From: an uncultured Bacteroidales bacterium
GTDB taxonomy: Bacteria; Bacteroidota; Bacteroidia; Bacteroidales; JAAYJT01
Assembly: GCA_964349765.1 (NCBI GenBank)
Contig: CAYGGZ010000005.1
Location: 15,918-79,917 of the forward strand
Reading direction: 5' to 3'
DNA: 64,000 nt
Shown: positions 30,601 through 41,434 of the stretch, piece after piece
How the letters are laid out: each line of letters starts with the position of its first letter
Numbering within the stretch: the stretch's first letter is position 1
Translations under genes and position numbers: made by a program
The notes under the pieces: model-generated
The model's database searches: none
What the model was told of the DNA's origin: nothing
What the model saw: the letters and a program-made list of their open reading frames with translations, nothing else

Positions 30601-31533
30601 TTAGTGATGTAAGTCGAGGCCATGCAACATAAAAATCAGGTGTTTGAGCGAACGAAATATCTCGTCAGTGTATTCCTCCACTGCTTTCACGCTTCCGGGG
30701 AGTGTGAAAACAAGCGTTTTCCCCATTACACCTGCCACCGCCCTGCTCAGTAATGCGCCTGGCATTTTTTGCCCGTAGCGAACTCTAATCATTTCCATTA
30801 TTCCAGGAATTTGCTTATCGAGCATTGGTATTACTACTTCCGGTGTGATGTCGCGTGGTCCGATACCTGTGCCGCCCGATGTAAACATAATGTCATAATT
30901 GCTGTTGCGTACATGAGTCAGTTGGCTTTCCAATTCATGTGGGTTGTCGGGTATTATTTTGTTATCGGTTTGATGCCTCCATCCGGTTGTGTTGAGAAAC
31001 CCGCCTACAAGCTGGCTGATCCGAGGGCCGCTACGATCGGCGTATTCGCCACTGCTGGCGCGGTCGCTCAGGGTCAAAACGAAAACACGCAAAACCTTTG
31101 GTTTGTATTGAATACTGTTGCCGCGATAAATCATACCAGGATTAATTACGCGGCAAAAAATCCCCTCCTTTGGCATCACACAATCGCCAATCTGCCTGAA
31201 GATAGCACAACTACCCCCATGACAACTTTTTCCGATCTGTGTAACTTCCAGTTCTGCCTCGCCTATTAAAAAGCGGTCGAGTGGCATAACAGTGTGTAGC
31301 GTAATACCCTGTGTTGTTATGTTTTCGGCAAAGTCGCCAGGCTTGTAAGGTTGCGACGCTGATTCCGCAAAGCGGATGATGCTCTCCATTGCAAGCATAC
31401 TCACTTGCCTGTTCCACTGACCGGCGTGTGCATCGCCTTCTAACCCGTGATGTCCAACATACACCTGTTCAACTGGATGTTTTATTTCTCCTTTTTCTTT
31501 TGAAATATTTAGCGATCCAACGCTTATTTCCAT
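30601..31533 (-). CDS. MOSC domain - MogA/MoaB (molybdopterin adenylyltransferase-like) fusion protein
   Basis: N-terminal half SLNISKEKGE.K.PV....V...GLEGDAH (MOSC). C-terminal half VLTLSDRASSGEYADRSGP...FTSGGTGIGPRDITPE (MoaB/Mog fold). The ORF track starts at TTG 31569; the first ATG is 31533. Confidence 0.75.
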   Translation of the reverse strand: MEISVGSLNISKEKGEIKHPVEQVYVGHHGLEGDAHAGQWNRQVSMLAMESIIRFAESASQPYKPGDFAENITTQGITLHTVMPLDRFLIGEAELEVTQIGKSCHGGSCAIFRQIGDCVMPKEGIFCRVINPGMIYRGNSIQYKPKVLRVFVLTLSDRASSGEYADRSGPRISQLVGGFLNTTGWRHQTDNKIIPDNPHELESQLTHVRNSNYDIMFTSGGTGIGPRDITPEVVIPMLDKQIPGIMEMIRVRYGQKMPGALLSRAVAGVMGKTLVFTLPGSVKAVEEYTDEIFRSLKHLIFMLHGLDLHH

Positions 31534-31565
31534 GTTGCTTGCTTTTATTTTTTCTGCTATACGAA

Positions 31566-32027
31566 TCAATCCTTGTTGCCGGGGTTTTTCCTGGTTTTTT
31601 CTTTGAGACTGATCTCTGCGATCTCCATCTGCTTATCTACTGCTTTGCACATATCGTAAATAGTTAGCAAAGCCACGGAAACTGCTGTAAGCGCTTCCAT
31701 TTCCACACCAGTTTTACCGGCAGTTACTACGGTTGCTTTAACTCTTACCCCGTTGTGAGTGATGCTACAATCCACTTCAATTTTCGACAGAAGCAGCGGA
31801 TGGCACAAGGGAATAAGCTCCGATGTTTTTTTTGCCGCCTGAACTCCTGCAATTTCGGCAACAGTAAGAACCGAGCCTTTTTTCATCTGATTGTTTACAA
31901 TCAGTGCTATGGTTTCGGGCAATAACCTGATGAAGCCTTCGGAAATGGCCGTGCGAACCTGGTCTGGTTTATCGGTGATGTCGACCATTCTGGCGCTTCC
32001 ATCTTTATCGGTATGTGATAGTTGGTT
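31566..32027 (-). CDS. moaC: cyclic pyranopterin monophosphate synthase
   Basis: LSHTDKDGSARMVDITDK...IPLCHPL...ALTAVSVALLTIYDMCKA. Start is ambiguous (32078 or 32027). Confidence 0.9.
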   Translation of the reverse strand, partial: NQLSHTDKDGSARMVDITDKPDQVRTAISEGFIRLLPETIALIVNNQMKKGSVLTVAEIAGVQAAKKTSELIPLCHPLLLSKIEVDCSITHNGVRVKATVVTAGKTGVEMEALTAVSVALLTIYDMCKAVDKQMEIAEISLKEKTRKNPGNKD

Positions 32028-32083
32028 CATAATTCTGTATTTATTAACACCTTCCAGGTGCATATTATTGGCAGGCACATATC

Positions 32084-32884
32084 TCAGCCTCCTATGCTGT
32101 AGAAATTACCGGAATGATTTGTTGTGCCGTATTCCGGTTTGTTCTGTATTGCCTCTTCGAAAGCTTTTTCGGGGCCTAACGCTCGTACATCATACTCAAG
32201 ATCGCTAAAAAGACATGGACGGATTTTGCCGTTTGCCGTGAGTCTCAAACGGTTACAAATGGCACATTGACCGCCCGTAGAACCTTCAATTCCGTAAAAC
32301 AAACCATTGTGCAGATCCATCCTGTAAATAAAACGTACTTCAATCCCCATTGATTTTCCAAACGCTGCAACATCCAAGGCATCGTCTTCGCTGGAGGATC
32401 GTTCCACAACACAATTAATTTTTATAGGGTTCAACCCTGCTTTTTTTACAGCTTCAATGCCATTAAGTACGTCAGATAGCTCTCCACCGCAGGTTGTGAA
32501 TCGGTATTTTTCCTGATTCATGGTATCGAGGCTTATATTGACGCGCATCAACCCTGCCTCTGCCAGTGGAAGGGCGAACTGGCTCAGAAGTATGCCATTT
32601 GTAGTCATTGATAAGTCGTTTATGTCGCTAAGCGATCGGAGCATTTTCACCAAACCCGTTACTCCTTTCCTTACAAGTGGTTCGCCTCCGGTGATGCGCA
32701 CTTTTCTGATTCCGAAATCAATTCCGGTTCGCACTACAGTTAATATCTCCTCGAACGATAATATTGCACCAGCAGGCAACAAGCTCACACCTTCTTCGGG
32801 CATGCAGTATCGGCAGCGAAGGTTGCAGCGGTCTGTTACCGAGATGCGCAAGTAGTTGATATGGCGGTTAAAACAGTCGAACAC
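32084..32884 (-). CDS. moaA: GTP 3',8-cyclase (radical SAM), short form
   Basis: YLRISVTDRCNLRCRYC (CxxxCxxC), a second cluster CAICNRLRLTANGKIRPC, and a C-terminal GG tail; 266 aa. Confidence 0.9.
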   Translation of the reverse strand: MFDCFNRHINYLRISVTDRCNLRCRYCMPEEGVSLLPAGAILSFEEILTVVRTGIDFGIRKVRITGGEPLVRKGVTGLVKMLRSLSDINDLSMTTNGILLSQFALPLAEAGLMRVNISLDTMNQEKYRFTTCGGELSDVLNGIEAVKKAGLNPIKINCVVERSSSEDDALDVAAFGKSMGIEVRFIYRMDLHNGLFYGIEGSTGGQCAICNRLRLTANGKIRPCLFSDLEYDVRALGPEKAFEEAIQNKPEYGTTNHSGNFYSIGG

Positions 32885-34046
32885 GAACCAAATCTCCTTT
32901 CGATATGTGTGTGGTTCCTATCGGAATAAACATTAATCCATCGGCTCCAGATAGTGCTTGAATGTGTGCAGAGCCGTGATACTCAACCGGAAGTACTGTG
33001 CTATTGTTTATGATTGCAACCGGAACCAGCGAAAGCCGGCCCGATTTTTTGCGGTTATAATCTTTGGCAATCGGAATATAAAGTTCCGGCGCCTGGAATT
33101 TGTGACCCATGAAGTGGTAAATGGCCTGTTTCACCAATAGCTCAAACTGATTAAACGACGACACAGGGTTTCCAGGTAGCGCAAAGCAAACTTTTCCGTC
33201 GCTACGTGAAGCAAAAATGGTTGGCCGGCCAGGCTGAACTGCCATAGAGCGGAAATGAAACCTGAATCCATTATTGAGCAGCGACTCAGGCACATAATCA
33301 GTATCGCCCATTGAGATCCCTCCGGAAATAATTAGCAAATCGCACTGAGAAATCATTCGACCAATTGCTGTGGCAGTTGATTCCGGATCGTCAATAATTA
33401 TTCCCCCGTAAATGGTTACAGCAGGAAGCAGGTTAGATTGAGCAATCAACTGCCATGCATTGCTGTTACGTATTTGGGATGCAGAAGGTTGGCAATCGGG
33501 TTCAACAAGTTCGTCGCCTGTTGAAAGAATGCCAACACGAACCTTTTTCGAAACCAACGGATGCGCATAACCAAAAGCAGCCATAGCGGCTATGTGTTGC
33601 GAACGAATGATTAATCCCGGTTTAAGAACCACTGTATCTTTTTTAACATCTTCGCCACGATAGCAAATATTTCGCGATGTTTTTTCTTTCACAAAACGAA
33701 CACGAAAGTCGTCAATAGCCAATGTGTCTTCTACCATGAGAACACAATCAGCTCCAGCAGGCACAACGCCACCGGTCATAATTCGACTGCATTGGTTTTG
33801 CTCTAAACGGTGCTGAGGCATTTTCCCGGCATTCACAGTTTCGATTACTGTAAGCGTATTATGGATATCTTCGTATCGGCATGCAAAACCATCCACTGCT
33901 GCCTTGTCGAATGGAGGCATATCCATATCAGCTACTACCTCCTCGCTAAGCACTCTGCCTGAGGCTTCTGGCAACGAAACTCTTTCGGCTGGCAGTGGCT
34001 TGACAGCGTTTTCAATAGTTAATAGCGCTTCTTCGAGGGTTACCAT
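32868..34046 (-). CDS. moeA: molybdopterin molybdotransferase
   Basis: From the internal Met: MVTLEEALLTIENAVKPL.. and ISGGISMGDTDYV; typical MoeA length. Overlaps moaA by 17 nt. Confidence 0.9.
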   Translation of the reverse strand: MVTLEEALLTIENAVKPLPAERVSLPEASGRVLSEEVVADMDMPPFDKAAVDGFACRYEDIHNTLTVIETVNAGKMPQHRLEQNQCSRIMTGGVVPAGADCVLMVEDTLAIDDFRVRFVKEKTSRNICYRGEDVKKDTVVLKPGLIIRSQHIAAMAAFGYAHPLVSKKVRVGILSTGDELVEPDCQPSASQIRNSNAWQLIAQSNLLPAVTIYGGIIIDDPESTATAIGRMISQCDLLIISGGISMGDTDYVPESLLNNGFRFHFRSMAVQPGRPTIFASRSDGKVCFALPGNPVSSFNQFELLVKQAIYHFMGHKFQAPELYIPIAKDYNRKKSGRLSLVPVAIINNSTVLPVEYHGSAHIQALSGADGLMFIPIGTTHISKGDLVRVRLF

Positions 34047-34140
34047 AAACAGTGTTGTGGCTGTTGTTATTAAAGGTGCAAATGTAGCGAAGTACTGCAT
34101 TATGGAGTTAAAAGTTTGATACCTTAGCCTCAAAAGTAAT

Positions 34141-34875
34141 ATGCCAATGAGCCCTGTTACAGTTCTTCGTCAGTTTCTCGAAATGCCATTATGGACTTCC
34201 GAACCGGTGCTGGCCAGGTTTAGAACCTTACAGGGCGCTATTTACAGAGAAAGCGGCCAACATCCACGCGAACGGTTTGTGTATATTCCAGGCTTCAAAA
34301 GGAATCGTGTAGTGCTTGTGGCACACGCTGATACCTTTTTTGATGAAAACTACGGAGAAGCAAGAATTGTTCATCAAATCATAGAGGAGGATGGTTACTT
34401 TAAGGGTTCAGGGCCAAGTCCGACCGGAGCCGACGACCGTGCAGGATGCGCTATGCTGTGGGCGTTGAAAGATTTTGGCCATTCTATTTTAGTTGCCGAT
34501 GGCGAGGAGATTGGTCTGGTTGGAAGTAACTGGCTTATGGAGCATAATCCGGATATCGCCGCAAGCCTCAATAGACACTGCTTTATGTTGGAGTTCGACC
34601 GCAAAAACGGACGTGATTATAAGTGCTATCATGTGGGAACCAATGAATTCAGGACATTTATTGAAGTCAACACAGGATACACAGAGCCAGAACTGCGCTC
34701 AAGTGCCGATATTTCTGTGCTTTGCAAGGAGATAACCGGTGTGAATCTAAGTGTAGGGTATTACGACGAACATACTCTGTTTGAACGCGTAAACATTGGA
34801 GAATGGATGCATACCTATGAAATTGCTAAAAAATTGTTAGTGCAAAAACTACCAAGGTTCAGCTTATTGCCATGA
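34141..34875 (+). CDS. putative zinc metallopeptidase-like protein (M28/M42-like)
   Basis: VVLVAHADT, GADDRAGCAMLWAL and DGEEIGLVGSNW resemble co-catalytic zinc peptidase motifs. Family not resolved. Confidence 0.45.
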   Translation: MPMSPVTVLRQFLEMPLWTSEPVLARFRTLQGAIYRESGQHPRERFVYIPGFKRNRVVLVAHADTFFDENYGEARIVHQIIEEDGYFKGSGPSPTGADDRAGCAMLWALKDFGHSILVADGEEIGLVGSNWLMEHNPDIAASLNRHCFMLEFDRKNGRDYKCYHVGTNEFRTFIEVNTGYTEPELRSSADISVLCKEITGVNLSVGYYDEHTLFERVNIGEWMHTYEIAKKLLVQKLPRFSLLP

Positions 34876-35179
34876 ACAGTTTCTCAAATTTCAGGTTGTA
34901 ATGAGCGTATGAAGATTAGATGCAATACACCACATCCGGTTCTTCAGAACTGCTTAAAAAACCTCAATCAGATCTTTGACCTTGATTTTCAGCAGTATGA
35001 TTTTCTTTAAAACAAATTTTATGAAGTGTAATTTACACGAGCTATTATATTTACCTTTGAGGCAGAGATTAAAATTCAATTTACCTCATAAAATCCGTTT
35101 CACAAATATCCGGAAGTGTAAAACAGAAATGAAAGAATTATCGTAAAGTGCTAAAACAACATTCAAAAATTATTTCACT

Positions 35180-35680
35180 ATGAAACACAAAATCAGCATT
35201 GAGTTATTAAACAGGGCGTTAGCCGATGAATTAACTGCTGTTCACCAGTACATGTTTTTCCATTTTCATTGCGATGATCAGGGCTTTGATTTACTGGCCA
35301 ACCTTTTCCGTCGCACCGCAATTGAAGAGATGATGCACGTTGAGAAATTAGCCGAGCGGATACTCTTCCTGAAAGGCGAAGTAGAAATGATTACTTCGGG
35401 CGAAGTGAAAAAGATAAGCGATGTTAAGCAGATGCTCGAACTTGCCGCAGAAATGGAAACTCAAAGCGCCGCTGAATACAACGAATGGGCTAATGAGTGT
35501 TCGCGCAACGCCGACTCGGTGTCGAAGAAGCTTTTCGAAACACTTGTGGAGGACGAAGAACGCCATTACGATCAGTTCGATATTGAGATGGAAAACCTCC
35601 GCAAATTTGGCAACAACTACCTCGCCTTGCAATCAATAGAACGTAGTAAAACTCTTTCGGGGGGAACCACGGCAGAATAG
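35180..35680 (+). CDS. bfr: bacterioferritin / ferritin-like protein
   Basis: LNRALADELTAVHQYMFFHF...AIEEMMHVEKLAERILFLKG...EDEERHYDQ di-iron ligand pattern. Confidence 0.85.
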   Translation: MKHKISIELLNRALADELTAVHQYMFFHFHCDDQGFDLLANLFRRTAIEEMMHVEKLAERILFLKGEVEMITSGEVKKISDVKQMLELAAEMETQSAAEYNEWANECSRNADSVSKKLFETLVEDEERHYDQFDIEMENLRKFGNNYLALQSIERSKTLSGGTTAE

Positions 35681-35727
35681 AAGCACAACACTGAACTTGT
35701 AGTTTTTCAGAATTAATCAGCGTTTGT

Positions 35728-36897
35728 TCATTCCCAGATACCCGGAACCGGGCGACCGGAAAAAGGTGATTTGCCATCAACTATTTTATTGTAAACTACC
35801 GTGAAATGAACACGGTGTATAAGCCTCTCACCGGTGCAAGGACAAAAAGTGGAATTGTAGCGGTGTCCGGGAACATTGCCGATTGTAACAAAGTTAATTC
35901 CTGCCTCTCTGGCCGTTCTGTGAGCCTCTTCAAGCGTAGCTACTGGCGTTGGAGGCAGATGGGTCAATCGGTATGATGGATGAAATCGTGTAAAGTGAAG
36001 CGGGACATCTGGTCCTAGATTTTTCAGTATCCACTTACTCATTGCCCTAATCGCATCCATACAATCGTTCACCCCGGGAATGACGAGGTTGGTGATCTCC
36101 AGCCATGCTCCTTCTTCTTTGATGATTTTGAGCGTTCTAAGCACACCTTCAAGGCATCCGCCGAAGTATTGCCTGTAAACAGCAGGGCAGAACCCTTTAA
36201 GATCCACCACTACCTGGTCGAGGCGCCTGAGCAAAGTCCTCAGCGGAGCCTCTGCAATTGCCCCATTGGTATGAAACTGCATTCGCAAGCCTGCTTGCCT
36301 GGCCAGGATAGCAACATCATAAAGGAACTCAAAAAAGACTGTCGGTTCGTTTATTGAGCCTGTAATAGTGCGTGCTTCTCTTTGTAACGCAAGGCCGACA
36401 ACCGTTTGTGGAGTGAACCGTCGGCCACCAACCTTTTCTGGGGAATGTTGAGTGATGTGCCAGTTATGGCATTGTTTACAATGAAAATTGCACCCCGCAG
36501 TAGCAATAGCCAGAACATCTGTTCCTGGAAGCACGTGCTTCATCCCATCCTTTTCTATTGGGGCAAATTGATTAGCAGCAAGAAGCCCGTAAACAAGAGT
36601 GTAGAGGTGCCCATCTCTGTTTTCCCTTACCCGACATATCCCGCGCTCATCTGATCCAATGATACAGTGGTGCACGCAGAGTAAACACAATACCTGTTCC
36701 CTGTCCAGTTGTCGCCAGTATCTTGCTTCGGCAGGTCGGTTTTGTTCATGAACACCCGGCCTGTGAGCTTGTTTTATTACAGGATTATCCGGTTCTACAA
36801 GAAAACTAACAGTAATCAATGCCACTGCCGCAACACCAACAGTCATAATCAAAACCATCGTGACCGCTTTCTTTCTGGAAGGTAAATTCAGTTTCAC
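35728..36897 (-). CDS. AmmeMemoRadiSam-system-type radical SAM enzyme with N-terminal TM anchor
   Basis: CNFHCKQCHNWHI (CxxxCxxC followed by NW) and an N-terminal Cys-rich CLLCVHHC..GICRVR, typical of the AmrS/PflA-like family. TM segment VTMVLIMTVGVAAVALITVSFL. Confidence 0.7.
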   Translation of the reverse strand: MKLNLPSRKKAVTMVLIMTVGVAAVALITVSFLVEPDNPVIKQAHRPGVHEQNRPAEARYWRQLDREQVLCLLCVHHCIIGSDERGICRVRENRDGHLYTLVYGLLAANQFAPIEKDGMKHVLPGTDVLAIATAGCNFHCKQCHNWHITQHSPEKVGGRRFTPQTVVGLALQREARTITGSINEPTVFFEFLYDVAILARQAGLRMQFHTNGAIAEAPLRTLLRRLDQVVVDLKGFCPAVYRQYFGGCLEGVLRTLKIIKEEGAWLEITNLVIPGVNDCMDAIRAMSKWILKNLGPDVPLHFTRFHPSYRLTHLPPTPVATLEEAHRTAREAGINFVTIGNVPGHRYNSTFCPCTGERLIHRVHFTVVYNKIVDGKSPFSGRPVPGIWE

Positions 36898-37229
36898 TTC
36901 TATTTTTTTAAAGAACTACATAGCAATCCAACTGTTACAAATAAAAGAGGATTCATTGCTCATAAGCAAAAAAATGTGTAGAGAAGGCATATGATAGCAA
37001 CTGCATCGGCTGATACAGGTATCTGTTGTTATGTTGAATCGTTGAAGTGCTGAACCGCTTACCAGTCCTGTTCATTTGATGTGTTATACTAAAGGACGTC
37101 AAATATAGTCAAAAAAAATATGTTTCCGGCATGTTGAGAAAAAATCATTGCCTGAAGTGACGCCTGCATACTTTGGCCTGGGTTCTGTTTTAATTTTTTT
37201 TCATTATCAACATTTGTTTGTTGATTAAC

Positions 37230-37246
37230 TATTTTTGCTAATTTTG
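37230..37246 (+). promoter_or_regulatory. candidate Bacteroidota -7 boxes upstream of rpsO
   Basis: Two overlapping matches to TAnnTTTG (tatttttg at 37230-37237, taattttg at 37239-37246), about 45-60 nt upstream of the rpsO ATG. Confidence 0.35.
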
Positions 37247-37289
37247 CAGCCCGTTTCCAATACCTATAACTATTATAAGCAAAAAAGAT

Positions 37290-37559
37290 ATGTATCTTAC
37301 GAAAGAAACCAAGAAATCACTGTTTGTTGAGCACGGAAAGACGGAATTTGATACCGGTTCGCCCGAAAGCCAGGTAGCGTTGTTTACCTTACGTATCAAG
37401 CATCTTACTGAACATTTGAAGATAAACCGGAAGGATAAGGCCACAGAGCGGGCATTGGTGAGGCTTGTGGGAAAACGCAGGCGACTGCTCGATTATCTTA
37501 AGGAAAAGGAGATTAACCGTTACCGTGAGATTATTAAAAAGCTTAATTTAAGGAAGTAA
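37290..37559 (+). CDS. rpsO: 30S ribosomal protein S15
   Basis: 89 aa; DTGSPESQVALFT.RI..LTEHLK.N.KD..T.R.L...VGKRRRLL.YL. Confidence 0.97.
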   Translation: MYLTKETKKSLFVEHGKTEFDTGSPESQVALFTLRIKHLTEHLKINRKDKATERALVRLVGKRRRLLDYLKEKEINRYREIIKKLNLRK

Positions 37560-37581
37560 TAATAGGTTTGCTTCTGCAAAG

Positions 37582-37610
37582 AAAGGCAATTTGGCGATTG
37601 CCTTTTTTTG
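37582..37610 (+). terminator. rho-independent terminator/attenuator between rpsO and pnp
   Basis: Stem aaaggcaat (37582-37590) / attgccttt (37597-37605) followed by tttttg. Confidence 0.65.
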
Positions 37611-37664
37611 TATCAAATGGTTAAAATTAATTTGCAACTGGTTGCCATAAAAAAAATAAACAAG

Positions 37665-39797
37665 ATGATGAACATTGTTACAAAGACCTTCGATCTGGGT
37701 GATGGAAGGGTCATAAGTATTGAAACAGGGAAGTTGGCCAAGCAGGCTGATGGGGCTGTTGTGGTAAAAATGGGCGACACCATGTTGCTTGCCACAGTTG
37801 TTGCAAAAAAAGAGGCAGCCGAAGGATTGGATTATCTGCCATTAAGTGTTGACTACCGTGAAAAATACGCTGCCGCAGGTAGGTTTCCCGGAGGCTTTTT
37901 TAAGCGGGAGGCTCGCCCCTCCGACTATGAGGTGCTTATATCCCGCCTTGTTGACCGTGCTCTGCGCCCCCTTTTTCCCGACGATTTTCACGCCGAAGTA
38001 CAGGTGCTTATCACACTGATATCGTCGGATAAGAATGTTATGCCCGATTCCCTGGCAGGTCTGGCTGCATCAGCAGCAATAGCTGTGTCCGACATTCCTT
38101 TCAATGGTCCAATCTCCGAAGTGAGAGTAGGCAGGCTCAACGGCAAATTTGTTGTGAACCCTCAAGTCAAGGATTTGCCTGATCTTGATCTCGATATCAT
38201 GGTGGGTGCTACCGAGGAGAATATTCTTATGGTAGAGGGCGAAATGCGGGAAATGCAGGAGGCTGATCTGATTGAAGCTCTAAAAGTGGCTCATCAGGCA
38301 ATTAAAACACAATGCCGGATACAAAAAGAGCTTGCAGCGGAAGTGGGCAAATCTTATCCCAAACGTGCATATTCCCACGAAGTGAATGATTCCGTTCTGT
38401 TCGATCGCATGCGCAACGAAGTATATGAAAAAATTTATGAAATCGCCCGGAAAGGCACCTTAAAACATGAGCGAGGAGACGCCTTCGACAGCATTAAGGA
38501 TGCTTTTATAATGTCGCTCCCCGAAACAGAGCGCACCGAAAAAGCTACATTGCTCGACCGGTACTTCCATAATATCCACCGCGAAGCCGTAAGGGATTGC
38601 GTTCTTAATGAGCGAACCCGCCTCGATGGCCGCAAGCTCGATGAAATCAGGCACATCTGGTGCGAAGTAGATTATCTTCCGGCTGTACATGGCTCTGCAA
38701 TATTCACCCGGGGCGAAACACAATCGCTAACTACAGTAACACTGGGTACTAAACTCGACGAACAAACAATTGATGGCGCTGTATTCGAAGAAAAAGCCAA
38801 CTTCCTTCTGCACTATAACTTTCCTCCCTATTCAACAGGAGAAGTAAAACGGATGGCAGGCACAAGCCGTCGCGAAGTAGGACATGGCAACCTTGCTTTG
38901 CGAGCTCTTAAGCCTGTGCTCCCAGGCACAGATGAAAATCCTTACACTATAAGGGTTGTATCCGATATCCTCGAATCGAACGGGTCGTCGTCAATGGCAA
39001 CAGTTTGCGCAGGAACGCTCGCACTGCTTGATGCTGGAGTTAAGCTCAAACGCCCTGTTTCTGGTATTGCCATGGGGCTTATCTCGGATCCCAAAACAGG
39101 CAAATATGCTGTGTTGTCCGATATTCTTGGAGATGAAGATCACATTGGTGATATGGATTTTAAAGTAACCGGAACCCGTAAGGGGATTACTGCCTGTCAG
39201 ATGGATATCAAGGTTGATGGGCTATCGTATGAAATTTTGTCCGAAGCCCTTGATCAGGCCAGACGTGGGCGCTTGCATATACTCGACGTCATGGAAATAA
39301 CTAAAAGCCAACCCCGCGAAGATTACAAACCCTTCGTGCCCAGAATCGAGAAAATAACTATTCCGCGTGAATTTATTGGAGCGGTGATTGGCCCGGGAGG
39401 AAAAGTGATTCAGGAGATGCAACGTGAAACCAACACCACAATTGTTCTTGAAGAGGTTGGCGAATATGGCATTATTGACATCGTTTCGAGCGATCTTAGC
39501 TCAATACAAAAAGTTAAAGATAAAATTCGCAGAATTGTTGCAGTACCTGAACTTGGATTGATTTACGATGGTGTAGTAAAAACAATCACCAATTTCGGCG
39601 CTTTTGTCGAAATTATGCCAGGCAAGGATGGCCTTCTGCATGTCTCGGAAATTGATTGGAAGCGGATTGAGAACGTAGAGAGTGTTTTGAAGGTAGGCGA
39701 TAAGATTGAGGTCAAACTTATTGATATTGACAGCAAAACAGGTAAATTGAAGTTGTCGCGCAAGGTGTTGCTACCAAAACCTCAGCGAGGCGAATAA
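37665..39797 (+). CDS. pnp: polyribonucleotide nucleotidyltransferase (PNPase)
   Basis: From [15 protein letters not shown]; two RNase PH domains, [13 protein letters not shown], and KH and S1 domains at the C-terminus. Confidence 0.97.
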   Translation: MMNIVTKTFDLGDGRVISIETGKLAKQADGAVVVKMGDTMLLATVVAKKEAAEGLDYLPLSVDYREKYAAAGRFPGGFFKREARPSDYEVLISRLVDRALRPLFPDDFHAEVQVLITLISSDKNVMPDSLAGLAASAAIAVSDIPFNGPISEVRVGRLNGKFVVNPQVKDLPDLDLDIMVGATEENILMVEGEMREMQEADLIEALKVAHQAIKTQCRIQKELAAEVGKSYPKRAYSHEVNDSVLFDRMRNEVYEKIYEIARKGTLKHERGDAFDSIKDAFIMSLPETERTEKATLLDRYFHNIHREAVRDCVLNERTRLDGRKLDEIRHIWCEVDYLPAVHGSAIFTRGETQSLTTVTLGTKLDEQTIDGAVFEEKANFLLHYNFPPYSTGEVKRMAGTSRREVGHGNLALRALKPVLPGTDENPYTIRVVSDILESNGSSSMATVCAGTLALLDAGVKLKRPVSGIAMGLISDPKTGKYAVLSDILGDEDHIGDMDFKVTGTRKGITACQMDIKVDGLSYEILSEALDQARRGRLHILDVMEITKSQPREDYKPFVPRIEKITIPREFIGAVIGPGGKVIQEMQRETNTTIVLEEVGEYGIIDIVSSDLSSIQKVKDKIRRIVAVPELGLIYDGVVKTITNFGAFVEIMPGKDGLLHVSEIDWKRIENVESVLKVGDKIEVKLIDIDSKTGKLKLSRKVLLPKPQRGE

Positions 39798-39803
39798 TCT
39801 TTT

Positions 39804-39836
39804 TTGCACAACACACATTTTTGTGCAACCTTTTTC
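39804..39836 (+). terminator. candidate terminator after pnp
   Basis: Stem ttgcacaa (39804-39811) / ttgtgcaa (39821-39828) followed by cctttttc. The stem is AT-rich and therefore weak. Confidence 0.4.
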
Positions 39837-39874
39837 ACGGGTTTAACGTAATTAATATCCTAACATTTTTTGTA

Positions 39875-40738
39875 ATGAGGCAACTTAAAATTACAAAACA
39901 GGTAACAAACCGGGAAACAGCTTCTCTCGATAAATACCTGCAAGAGATTGGAAAAGTAGAATTGATTACTGCAGATGAGGAAGTGGCTTTAGCTCAGCGC
40001 ATTAAGCAGGGCGATCGTTCAGCATTAGAAAAGTTGACTAAGGCCAATTTGCGCTTTGTTGTTTCTGTATCAAAGCAATATCAAAACCAGGGCTTAAGCC
40101 TGCCTGATTTGATCAACGAAGGGAACCTAGGGCTAATTAAAGCTGCACAGCGATTCGACGAAACGCGCGGATTCAAATTCATATCTTATGCAGTGTGGTG
40201 GATCAGGCAGAGCATTTTACAGGCGCTTGCAGAGCAGTCGAGAATTGTAAGACTTCCACTCAATAAAATTGGCGCAATCAACAAGATCAACAAGGCATAC
40301 GCCAAACTTGAGCAAGTGTATGAACGCGAACCGAATGCAGAGGAGATAGCCGAGATGCTGGAAATTTCCGAGAACGAAGTAAAAGACTCAATGCGTAACT
40401 CCGGGCGACATATCTCAATGGATGCACCTCTCATACAGGATGAAGACAATACCCTTTATGATGTACTCAAGAGCGACGAAGTCATCACACCCGAAACCGA
40501 GTTAATGTACGATTCGTTGCGAAAGGAGATTGACAGGGCCATTTCGACCCTTCCTCCCCGTGAGACTGATGTATTACGACTATATTTCGGATTAAACGGC
40601 AGCCATCCTTTAACACTTGATGAGATTGGCGAGAAGTTCGCATTAACCCGCGAAAGGGTACGTCAAATAAAAGAAAAAGCAATTCGACGACTTAAGAATA
40701 CTTCCAAAAGCAAAATTCTCAAAACCTATCTGGGATAA
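39875..40738 (+). CDS. rpoD: primary RNA polymerase sigma factor (Bacteroidota short RpoD/SigA)
   Basis: From [14 protein letters not shown]; region 2 [37 protein letters not shown] and [10 protein letters not shown]; region 4.2 [23 protein letters not shown]. Confidence 0.93.
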   Translation: MRQLKITKQVTNRETASLDKYLQEIGKVELITADEEVALAQRIKQGDRSALEKLTKANLRFVVSVSKQYQNQGLSLPDLINEGNLGLIKAAQRFDETRGFKFISYAVWWIRQSILQALAEQSRIVRLPLNKIGAINKINKAYAKLEQVYEREPNAEEIAEMLEISENEVKDSMRNSGRHISMDAPLIQDEDNTLYDVLKSDEVITPETELMYDSLRKEIDRAISTLPPRETDVLRLYFGLNGSHPLTLDEIGEKFALTRERVRQIKEKAIRRLKNTSKSKILKTYLG

Positions 40739-41397
40739 TGCCGCCACTCATCGCGCCATCATTTCTTTCCGCCAACTTTGCGAACCTACGCCATGATATT
40801 GAAATGGTGAACCAAAGCCAGGCCGACTGGTTTCATCTTGATATTATGGATGGGGTGTTTGTGCCTAACATATCATTTGGCTTTCCAGTTATAGAAGCTA
40901 TAAAGCGCCTCGCCAAAAAGCCACTCGACGTGCATTTGATGATAACAACTCCCGATCGGTATATTAAACGGTTCAAGGAGGCGGGAGCCGATATTCTGAG
41001 TGTTCATTACGAGGAGGCTACTCATCTGAACAGAACCCTAGCTGAGATTCGCAAAGCGGAAATGCTGCCCGGTATTGTGCTTAACCCACATACCCCCATT
41101 AGTTTGCTCGAAGATTCAGTTGCCGATGCTGGCATGATCCTATTGATGTCAGTAAATCCGGGATTTGGCGGTCAGTTGTTTCTTGAACATATTTATCAGA
41201 AAACAGCAAAACTGAAAGAACTTATTTTGCGTAAGAACCCTTCATGCCTTATTGAGGTAGATGGCGGTGTTGATCTTGATAATGCTCAAAAGCTGGTTGA
41301 TGCTGGAGCTGATGTACTTGTTTGCGGCAACTCCATTTTTGGGTCGCATGATCCTGTTGCTGCGATTTCGGCTTTAAAACGTATCGGAGCGGCATAG
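40738..41397 (+). CDS. rpe: ribulose-phosphate 3-epimerase
   Basis: APSFLSANFANL, HLDIMDGVFVPN, MSVNPGFGGQ. The ATG overlaps the rpoD TAA (TAATG). Confidence 0.95.
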   Translation: MPPLIAPSFLSANFANLRHDIEMVNQSQADWFHLDIMDGVFVPNISFGFPVIEAIKRLAKKPLDVHLMITTPDRYIKRFKEAGADILSVHYEEATHLNRTLAEIRKAEMLPGIVLNPHTPISLLEDSVADAGMILLMSVNPGFGGQLFLEHIYQKTAKLKELILRKNPSCLIEVDGGVDLDNAQKLVDAGADVLVCGNSIFGSHDPVAAISALKRIGAA

Positions 41398-41434
41398 CCC
41401 AGATATCTAAAATTGACGAATTTGTTCCCTGTTA

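Noticed and set aside
34047-34140. Possible Moco riboswitch upstream of moeA
   Set aside because: Only ~95 nt are available before the divergent gene, which is shorter than the Moco RNA motif. I could not identify its conserved helices by eye.
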